NCBI GenBank assembly: GCA_044892505.1
Contig: CM097882.1
Location: 569,098,001-569,162,000, forward strand
Length of the DNA: 64,000 nt
Source: Schmidtea nova
Taxonomy: Eukaryota
Direction of reading: 5' to 3'
Below the pieces are notes generated by a model. The model searched no databases. It saw only the letters and a program-made list of their open reading frames with translations, and had not been told where the DNA came from. A program made the translations under genes and the position numbers. This document shows positions 27,811 to 36,848 of this stretch, piece after piece (position 1 is the stretch's first letter; every line of letters starts with the position of its first letter).

Positions 27811-30800
27811 AAGGTAAAATGCAATCAATTGTCTCTACGTTTAAGAAAAAGGATTTCCAGGATCAACAAATTATTGTTACCATACTAAATTTATACATTT
27901 ATTTATTTATTTATTAAAATCAATTTATTGCAATCTAAATAAAAATTAATTTTCACGTATTTAAAAATATTTGCTTAAACATTATTTTATTTTCTGATTA
28001 CTGTCATTTTGGATATAAACTATATTGACAAATTGAGAGAGAAGTTCTCGAATTATGTTAACCTAAGTTTACCATTTATAGGTTTTCACTAATATTTCAG
28101 ATATTTAAATAATTCTTTTTACATTTAGTCATTTATATCGTCATGACATGATTTATGATTTTTCTTATTTTTACTTAGATTTATATAATAAATTAAAAGA
28201 TTGAACAAAGTAATTTGACAATACACTTCACAAATATTACTGATCAAGCATTTCATTAGCCAGATGAAGGACCTTGTGATTTTTTCTTATTTCCAACCGT
28301 TTTAGGCTATTGTTTTCAGTTTACGAAAGTTATACAAGGACAATCGAAGGAGCTCTAAAAACAATGTCTGTAATATAAGATCAGAAATGCATTGAGAATC
28401 GTAAGAAATGTTGGCATTACGTGAATTATAGCTAAAAGAGTATATTTTGAATATGATTGTATAAAGATTGATAAATAAATTAGCTGTTCGTTATGGAGTA
28501 ATACTATATGAGTCAAACATTATCAAAGAAAATTAAAATTAGACAAAAAATGTTCTGCTTAATACGTAAATTTGACTGGTGAAAACGAAGTCAAATTAAT
28601 GATTAAAGCGTCGTATTTACACCTGGTTACGTACATTAAAGGTTTCTATCATATAAATTAAAAATAATCAATAGCACATGAAAACTTACATTTGTGTTAA
28701 ACTTTGATATTTCGTAGTTTAAAAGCTTTTTTATGTGATAGACAATGAGTAAGAAAAAATAAATTATACACACAAACACAACATATAATTAAAATTGCAT
28801 GCAAACTTTTAAGGGTACATCTTGTCACGCTATTAAAAGGCCTATAATAAATTTATTTATTTTTAAAATATGGTTTTTGGGTAAATATTTGGAATATTTC
28901 CTAGGGGAGTTGTCGAGAAAATGGATAAATAACATCGTTAGTTTTATTTTAATGAATTTTAATATAAAACTTCATATACTTCCGAAAATTATTTTGCAAA
29001 CTTTTTCGGTTTTCAGTAGTCAAAATAATAATCCCGTCTAATTATTTTAAAATTATAGATAATTAAATATATTTACACTGAAATTTAGATCTATTCGAAG
29101 TCTTAATTAAATTATTTCTTGGAATATCCAAAAAGATATATTCAAAGTTAGAAAATCTTTATTTAATAATATTTATTATAATAGATCTTAGTTTAAAATC
29201 ATTTTTAACTTACGTTTAATGTAAATAATTTCAAACACATGTAAAAAAATCATAATATTCTAGAAAGTATTTAAAAATTAAATAAAAATAAAATTGTAGA
29301 ACAAAGATAATGAAAATATTCAGAGATTGATTTATTTCATTAAAAAACTGTTGTTAAAAAGTATTTTTCTTTACGTTTTATGTAAAATATTTCCAAAAAA
29401 CTTCATAAAAAATCATATTTTCCTAAAAAAGTAATTAAACATAAAATCAAAATAATATTGAAGAATATAGATAAACGTTCAAAACTTCTATAGTGATCAT
29501 ATATCATTGTAAGATCAACATAGAAGCATTAAAAGATATCTTGATAAATAAACTTAACTGGTAGCCATTTTAAAAAAATGGCTAAATTTTTAAGTTAAAT
29601 AATTATGACAAACATGTACATGTACACACCTACTGGTATTGTAGTTCCTTTTAAAGTACGAAACCAGGTGTATTCTATTTTGAGTGACTGTGTGTTTACT
29701 ACCAGTGCTGAGTTTCTACACAAATTTTCTACTCATTTTCAGGTTTGAAAAATTGTGTCTTTATGTGTCGGTTTATCTCTCATTTTTCTATCATTTTACC
29801 GACACATACCACGAGTCACTCAAACATTATGTTTTTTTTCATAAAAAAGTTGAATGTTCAAAGAAAATTAAAAAAGACCAATATTATTAAATTTTTTCAA
29901 ATTAAAAATTTATGTATTAATTTATGAATTAAAAATAGATTTAACTCGAACTTTTATTTTATTTCCTTTCCTGGTTGTAGATCAACATTACCAATTTCAT
30001 TATTTCTAAAAAAGACTAGATCAGTGTACTTTTTATAAAGGTACTTGAATTTTTGCCACAGTTTCTTTTAAGCAAGTATTTCCTTAAAAGGGCTATGCTA
30101 AAAATTTGTGTACCTTTATAAAAAATATTAATTTACAGTTTTTATAAAAAATGAACATTTCAGAAATAGAAACGAAAAGATCAATGGTAAAAATAAGAGA
30201 TGTCAATGATAACATCAATATTGCCTAGTGGCAAAGAATGTGCGTTAAAAGTTCATGTTAAATAAATAAAAATATTGAATTAAAGTCTGCAAAGAAATTA
30301 AATTGAATTAACAATGAAAACAGACGAGATATTTATTTTAATACGAATTATATGATAAAGCAAAATGTAAAAATCTTTGAAATTAAGCTTTTCTTAGATA
30401 TTTCTATTTTAAGTGAAATAAAACGATTTGCAAAAGATTAAATTTTAAAATAATTTTAGCAAATGCCATTTATTTCAAAATCTTATGCCAAGAAAATAAT
30501 TTCATAAAAATAAAATTTCATTCCAGCGAAAATCAATTATTATGCAAAAAAATAGAGAAACTGTAAAATATATCCACAAGTTTTCATTTTTTTATAAAAT
30601 AAGAAATTTACTAATAAATGAAAATTATGCTAAACATTTTAGAAAAGAATTATTTTCTGAAAAAAATATGATAATTGTCTAAATGTCAAAATTATGCATG
30701 AATACTTTCTTAATTGGAATTCTGTTCAGATTTATTTGAACAGATTTTATTTTTATTTCAAACTTTTTGTCATTAATAATTGAAAAAACATTAATGATAT

Positions 30801-31257
30801 TATCAAAATGTAGACATTTCATTTGACCTCAAAATCAAAGGATTTTAAAAAATCAGTGATACATTTTATTATAATAATTATAATTATTAATATGATTACT
30901 ATTTTTATTATTTTTATTATTACTATTATAAATATTTTTTGAGTTTATAATNNNNNNNNNNNNNNNNNNNNNNNNNNNNNNNNNNNNNNNNNNNNNNNNN
31001 NNNNNNNNNNNNNNNNNNNNNNNNNNNNNNNNNNNNNNNNNNNNNNNNNNNNNNNNNNNNNNNNNNNNNNNNNNNNNNNNNNNNNNNNNNNNNNNNNNNN
31101 NNNNNNNNNNNNNNNNNNNNNNNNNNNNNNNNNNNNNNNNNNNNNNNNNNNNNNNNNNNNNNNNNNNNNNNNNNNNNNNNNNNNNNNNNNNNNNNNNNNN
31201 NNNNNNNNNNNNNNNNNNNNNNNNNNNNNNNNNNNNNNNNNNNNNNAACGATAGAAA

Positions 31258-31324
31258 TACACACTTGATAAAGGCTGTGCCGAAATATTGTGTTATTCTT
31301 TATAAAAAAAAATTTGATCTATAG
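31258..31324. repeat. Palindromic repeat family, copy 3 (right arm, between gaps)
   Basis: ACACACTTGATAAAGGCTGTGCCGAAATATTGTGTTATT...TTTGATCTATAGT matches the right arm of copy 2. Confidence 0.85.
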
Positions 31325-32763
31325 TNNNNNNNNNNNNNNNNNNNNNNNNNNNNNNNNNNNNNNNNNNNNNNNNNNNNNNNNNNNNNNNNNNNNNNNNNNN
31401 NNNNNNNNNNNNNNNNNNNNNNNNNNNNNNNNNNNNNNNNNNNNNNNNNNNNNNNNNNNNNNNNNNNNNNNNNNNNNNNNNNNNNNNNNNNNNTTGGTCT
31501 AAAAAGGCAAAAATATTGTACTAATTTAAACAATAAATACAAATAATAACCACAAAAACATTCAAAAAAACCTAAATTAAAAATTAAAATAAAATAATAA
31601 ATAATAATTACTAAATTTCCAGCAAAGGAAGAAAATCAAATTGACACAAGAACGAGCAGTATGGGGGTCTGAAATAAGAAAATTACCAATAAAATCAAAT
31701 AAAAGTACAATTAATTGGTTAATTACTTGAAAAAATCGAGACCACCCAGCGAGAAATCTGAACCGGAAATTTAAAATGGTTTATATTAAAATAAAATAAC
31801 AAAATTACTTTGATGGACGGCCTGATCCTGATTGGTCAATCTGACCAACTGGATCAGTATAAATACCGATCCAAAAATCATACAGATAACATCTAAAAAC
31901 TTAGCTACCGAACTGATTTATCATAGTCAACTTTGATACGATAAATACTGTGAAAATTTTTGGAAAACACTGCATCGTGGATTGAAACAGTAAATTTTCT
32001 TTTGTATTGTATTTTGCATAAATTTTTATGATATGTTTCATGATTCCCATTTGTTTTATTTAATATAATTTATTACTATTACTCTATTTTTCTTATGCCA
32101 TTATTTTATGATATAATAAATATACTTCCTCAGTAGCTTACGCTGCGAGGGAGCAAGCCGTAAATGTGGGATTTCACCGTTCCACAAGATGGTGAGCAGA
32201 GTTTCTATTGGTATTCTTTATTTAATTTAATTTTATCGGAAATTTCACGGTACGGTAAAGTTGTGCAGGGACAAGGACACGAGTGAAATTTGTAGACAGT
32301 GGTTAACATTTACATTCGATCAGACAGGCGAAAACAAACTATAACATAAATTATCAGGTCGACTAGATCGATTTTTTCATATACACGCAAATTTTTATAA
32401 ATCAACATAGCTGATCGAAATAATGTCCGGACACACCGAGACGATTTCGACGTTTCAACTACAGTTTAATTTAGACATAAACAACGACATATTCGGATCG
32501 ACCCTACTGATTAAATAAGTAAAATCGTAACCTGATCGCTGTACATAGCGCAGGTAATAATAGGTAAATTTTTAATATTCCGATCGCTGTACATAGCGAC
32601 GGTGTTAATTGAATAGTTTGGAAAATATTTTTTTTTTTTTCATTCTCCCTTTTCACATTTTTTTTTTGTGTTATTGATCAACGAGCAGAGCACTTTTTAT
32701 CAGGTCTCACAAAAATTTACGGATTTATCACAGTAAATTCTATTAGCATTATTATTTTCGCAG

Positions 32764-33264
32764 ATGAAATCAACGATACTGGATGAATTTCTAACAGCTC
32801 AACGTCATGTGGCACGGGTCGAGAATCCTCTAATCCGGACGCAACGGAAGAAATTGAAGTCGCTTCCACAGGAACTCCTCAGAACGCTAAATGCGTTGAT
32901 GTATAAATGGAGAAGGGAACTAGGAAAGAAATGCCCATTTTCGATTTGGGCCGGTGGATTGGATACCATCGTATATCGAGGAGGCCCCGGATGGGAAATT
33001 CAGGACGAAAGAGACCGGGAGACGACAGCTCTGTTCGTCATAGTGGTGTCAGACAGTGAAGGAAATCCAACGACAGTGATCCATTGGGGATATGTCTCAC
33101 CCCTCAAGTTGCTTCAATTCGGGTTGATTCCGAATCACCTACCAAAAACATGCCATGAGCGTCCCAAACTCAACTGTTCAATGGCTCACCTCCGACGAGA
33201 TCCAGTAAATCGCGGGTTGCATATTACTCCCGTACACGGCCTCAAGCGAAGTGTTTTCCACTAA
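32764..33264 (+). CDS. LTR-encoded ORF A, 166 aa, unknown function
   Basis: ATG ORF preceded by pyrimidine-rich TTTTCGCAG; more GC-balanced than its flanks; identical protein in the 3' LTR. Confidence 0.7.
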   Translation: MKSTILDEFLTAQRHVARVENPLIRTQRKKLKSLPQELLRTLNALMYKWRRELGKKCPFSIWAGGLDTIVYRGGPGWEIQDERDRETTALFVIVVSDSEGNPTTVIHWGYVSPLKLLQFGLIPNHLPKTCHERPKLNCSMAHLRRDPVNRGLHITPVHGLKRSVFH

Positions 33265-33447
33265 ACATTATATTCACATTTTTATAAGCTAAACGATTTC
33301 AATAAATTAAATGGTGTTGATCCGTGTTTTGTTTGTTCTTAGTTAAATTTATTTCTATTTATTTAATCATATGATTTTTACACTCGACGGATAATATTAA
33401 TCTTGGTAACATGTTTGATGCATTATAAATTGGGTTTGTTATTTAGT

Positions 33448-34038
33448 ATGACGGAAACTAGCCAACAGCGAGAATTGGACAAGGCGTGGAGAATCCGCCG
33501 AGCATTGGAAAAGGAGCTAAACCAGGAAAAAGCCTTACGAGCCAAAGCAGAAGCTCAGATTCAGCATTTACGGACCAGCTGGTTCGCACCAGCTCGCATG
33601 AAGGAGCAGATGAGTCGGACAGAAAGGGCTCAAAAGACAGCTGACGATTATCGGACCGAATGGGAAGCAACAAAAATTGAGTTGCGCCGATGTCTCCATT
33701 CGGTGACGACTTCATTTATCGAGTCCGAATTGAAAGCACAAATCCGACCCATTACTTACCAGAAATGGGTAGGAGAACAGAGAGTGGCCTGCTCAGTCAG
33801 TACAGACACCGATGGACTCGAGGCAACCACAGTGCAGAATCGGGTGGAAACCACCACTGTACCAAACCCCGTCGGAAAAACGAATAAGCGGAAACGAATC
33901 GGCTCCAAGCGCCGTCGCCAAAGAAAGCTGTTTTCACAACAATTGCAGACACAAGTAACCACTATGGCAGAAATGTCGGAGGCCGAGTGGTTATCAGAGA
34001 TATTCCCTCCAGAAGGAATTTTCAAAGAATTTCTATAA
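33448..34038 (+). CDS. LTR-encoded ORF B, 196 aa from the first ATG; coiled coil plus basic NLS-like tract
   Basis: MTETSQQRELDKAWR...; KRKRIGSKRRRQRK; preceded by TTTAG; identical protein in the 3' LTR. Confidence 0.72.
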   Translation: MTETSQQRELDKAWRIRRALEKELNQEKALRAKAEAQIQHLRTSWFAPARMKEQMSRTERAQKTADDYRTEWEATKIELRRCLHSVTTSFIESELKAQIRPITYQKWVGEQRVACSVSTDTDGLEATTVQNRVETTTVPNPVGKTNKRKRIGSKRRRQRKLFSQQLQTQVTTMAEMSEAEWLSEIFPPEGIFKEFL

Positions 34039-34524
34039 CAGATAGAATACGATGTCCGATTTGGGAGTCAATTAAATTTTTGCTCGTGTTTGTTTTGTTG
34101 TTGTTATTTCTTTTGTATTTCCTTCGATTAAATAATTCATATAATTAAAATTCAATTACCCGTCACACAACGAAAGAAGTAGCGATAAAAAGAACTTAAA
34201 TACTATCAAATTCGTAGTTTGGTTTTGCCTGTTTGTTTTGTTTTTGATAAATATATAGCCTCACACACACAAAATAGAACAATAATTGCGTAAGTCCTTC
34301 TACGGCCGCGTGAACCCGTAAGCATAAAGGGGGAGTAGTCCTAGCAATAGTGCTCACCTGCCCCTCATTGCTTAACCACCCTGCGCATCACCAACTTGGT
34401 TATCAAGGGAAATAATCAAGGGCGCTCGAGTGTAGATTACGACTATTTATGCATGATCATGGATGGGAGATCCCTAGCAATCATTAAAATTTTTACCAAA
34501 CCGTCCATGAACCCAGCATAAATT

Positions 34525-34542
34525 TGGGGGCTCAGCCGGGAT
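34525..34542 (+). promoter_or_regulatory. Primer-binding site, tRNA-Pro type
   Basis: TGGGGGCTCAGCCGGGAT matches the canonical Pro PBS TGGGGGCTCGTCCGGGAT at 16/18 positions. Confidence 0.85.
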
Positions 34543-34851
34543 CAACTTCGTTTTATCGGAAAATTGTGAATGCAAAATCTGCAGAGAAGTTTAAAGTGCT
34601 CGTGTCGTGTGAATAAATTTAATAAAAACAGAAAATTGGTAATTAAATCTAAATGATGTACAAAAATAAACAACAAACACAACAGCAAATAAAGGTAAAG
34701 TTATAAAAATCGAAGGCATGCATAAATAATTTGTCGGGACGACAATTTTTGGAAACACGGGGAGAGTAAATAAATGCTAAAAGATGCAAAACGAAACATA
34801 TTACTACGTTAAAAATTAAATTCACAAAACGAGACATATTACTACTTTAAA

Positions 34852-35355
34852 ATGATAAAAACAACTAAGTTAAAACGATTATTTATTCAGCAAATGGAGG
34901 AAAAACTGAAAGAAATCGAAGAATTTCTCAACACAGAAAACGAAACATTAGCAACAATTGGCAAGAAAATAAACCGATTTAGAGAAATTGAATTTCAAGA
35001 ACCCACAACACAGACCGAGGAAACAGATGAATTAATAAAGATAACAGAAAGAACAAGTAAAATCGACATAAAAACCCGCTACAAATGGTACCGAGCACGA
35101 CTAGAGAATGCGGAGCTAAACATTAGATGCAGACAAATAGAACAACAATTAACCCCAACATACAATCGATGGAAGGCGCAAGGGGTAGAAGCAGCGAAAA
35201 AATACCGACAGTGCTATATATGTGAAAACAACGAGATACAAATTATGTTTTTACCTTGCGGACATTTCCGTTTTTGTAAGACCTGTGCCAACAAGCGTGA
35301 CCAGTGTCCGATGTGCAACTTTACTGTGAATGAAAAAATTATGGTTTATTTGTAA
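34852..35355 (+). CDS. Coiled-coil plus C-terminal C3HC4 RING protein (IAP/RNF34-type RING), 167 aa
   Basis: CYICENNEIQIMFLPCGHFRFCKTCANKRDQCPMCNFTVNEKIMVYL; AATAAA at the stop codon. Confidence 0.9.
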   Translation: MIKTTKLKRLFIQQMEEKLKEIEEFLNTENETLATIGKKINRFREIEFQEPTTQTEETDELIKITERTSKIDIKTRYKWYRARLENAELNIRCRQIEQQLTPTYNRWKAQGVEAAKKYRQCYICENNEIQIMFLPCGHFRFCKTCANKRDQCPMCNFTVNEKIMVYL

Positions 35356-35831
35356 TAAATGTTTAGAGTTGATTAGTAAAAGGTCGAATGGTGAATCATG
35401 GGAACAATCATAGTATTTAAATAATTTTTGAGCTACTGCAAAGTAGTCCGATAAGAATCCATTGGGGGGTACCGATTGATCAACCTAGTCAGGGTGTATA
35501 GAAAGGGGCCCATCGCAAATGTTGGAAAATTTTTGTGATGTGATTGATCACCACATCCTGCATTAATGGACCAACGCGATCTTTTTGTATATTTTGGTTG
35601 GGGAGAGAGATAGGGAAATCTTGATGGAGTAAAGCGCGCATAGAGAAAAATAAATAAAAAGTTGAAACAGACTGATCAGGAAATAGTTATAATAGAACAA
35701 AGAAATAAACGATAGTGTTGAAATAATAAAAGGTGCATAGTCAGCTCGCATAGAAGTAGTTATAACTCAGCTGAGAAATTTTAATCGCTAGCGAAGTTAA
35801 GATTTGTGATTAACCGGTTAAATAAAGTTAG

Positions 35832-36064
35832 GAGATTTGTCCCTTGAAACAAAGGGTTATGAGATTTGTCCCTTGAAACAAAGGGTTATGAGATTTGTCC
35901 CTTGAAACAAAGGGTTAAGAGATTTGTCCCTTGAAACAAAGGGTTAGGAGATTTGTCCCTTGAAACAAAGGGTTATGAGATTTGTCCCTTGAAACAAAGG
36001 GTTAGGAGATTTGTCCCTTGAAACAAAGGGTTATTAGCGGTTTGTCCCTTGAAAAAAAGGGTTG
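35832..36064 (+). repeat. 29-bp tandem array, 7 near-perfect copies plus 1 degenerate (GAGATTTGTCCCTTGAAACAAAGGGTTAN)
   Basis: Units start at 35832, 35861, 35890, 35919, 35948, 35977 and 36006. Confidence 0.97.
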
Positions 36065-36232
36065 AGGCCAATGAGCCATATTGAATGACCTAGCTAGGCG
36101 TTATGGAGAGATTAAATTTAGGCCACGAGAGCCATTTGAGAGATTAAATTGAGGCCAATAGAGCCATTTGAGATAGTAAAATGAGGCCAATAGAGCCATG
36201 TGAGATATAAAATTGAGGCCGGAAGAGCCATA
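36062..36232 (+). repeat. 32-bp degenerate tandem array (TGAGGCC...GAGCCAT), about 5 units
   Basis: Units at ~36062, 36117, 36149, 36181 and 36213. Confidence 0.85.
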
Positions 36233-36848
36233 GTGAACTATAGATATATCCGGATAAATAGTAATAGAGGGAATATAGACCCATAGTGTAATCGTCGACG
36301 AGATTTAGAGTAGTGCGCACTAGTAGTTAAGAGAATGCGAGTAAAGCTGACTATGCAACCTTGAGTAAAGCATGCAAGGAGAATAGTAAAAATTTTTTTT
36401 GGGCTGACCGGAACAACCGGCAGAATAAGTAAAAACGATTGCTAGCAGGGAATAATGAATAGAAATGATAAAATAATGATAAACGAGTCAGAAAGACTCA
36501 GGGAATTAGAGCGCTCGAGCGACCAATAAATTGGGAAACTGTGGGAAAAGTAATGGATTTGATAAAACATAGATAATTATTACGACATAAATAGATAATT
36601 GTGACCAGTCTATAGATAATTTAAATAGACTAAAAATAAAGGGGAATCTGGGAAGGGGAAAATAATGAAAACCCAGTAATAAGTAATCCCGAAAGAAAGG
36701 GAATAAAAGCGCGACGATAACAATAAGGTATCGTTGAGGACCTTTGTATTTTAGATATACAAATCAATCAAACCAATCAAGCAACAAGAAGAATCAGAAA
36801 AACGATAATAGATAGGACAAGAAAATTGATAATATAAAAGTAATCCAG

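Larger units (their letters stand above)
31494..34521 (+). repeat. 5' LTR (start hidden in gap)
   Basis: Near-identical to 57758-60778; ends CCCAGCATAA, an 8/10 inverted match to the TGATGTTGGG start of the 3' LTR; PBS begins 3 nt downstream. Confidence 0.93.

Noticed and set aside
21660-28430. Scattered exon-like islands with GTAAGT or TTTCAG signals (e.g. ~21690, 25030-25075, 28320-28410)
   Set aside because: No consistent reading frame or recognisable product
31325-31493. Target-site duplication of the giant element
   Set aside because: Both outer LTR ends fall in N gaps (31325-31493 and 60779-60938), so it cannot be read
34323-34340. AAAGGGGGAGT purine tract inside the LTR as a PPT of a nested element
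   Set aside because: Present in both LTRs with no separate repeat or boundary after it
35832-36064. 29-bp hairpin array as a CRISPR array
   Set aside because: No unique spacers, no cas genes, eukaryotic retroelement context
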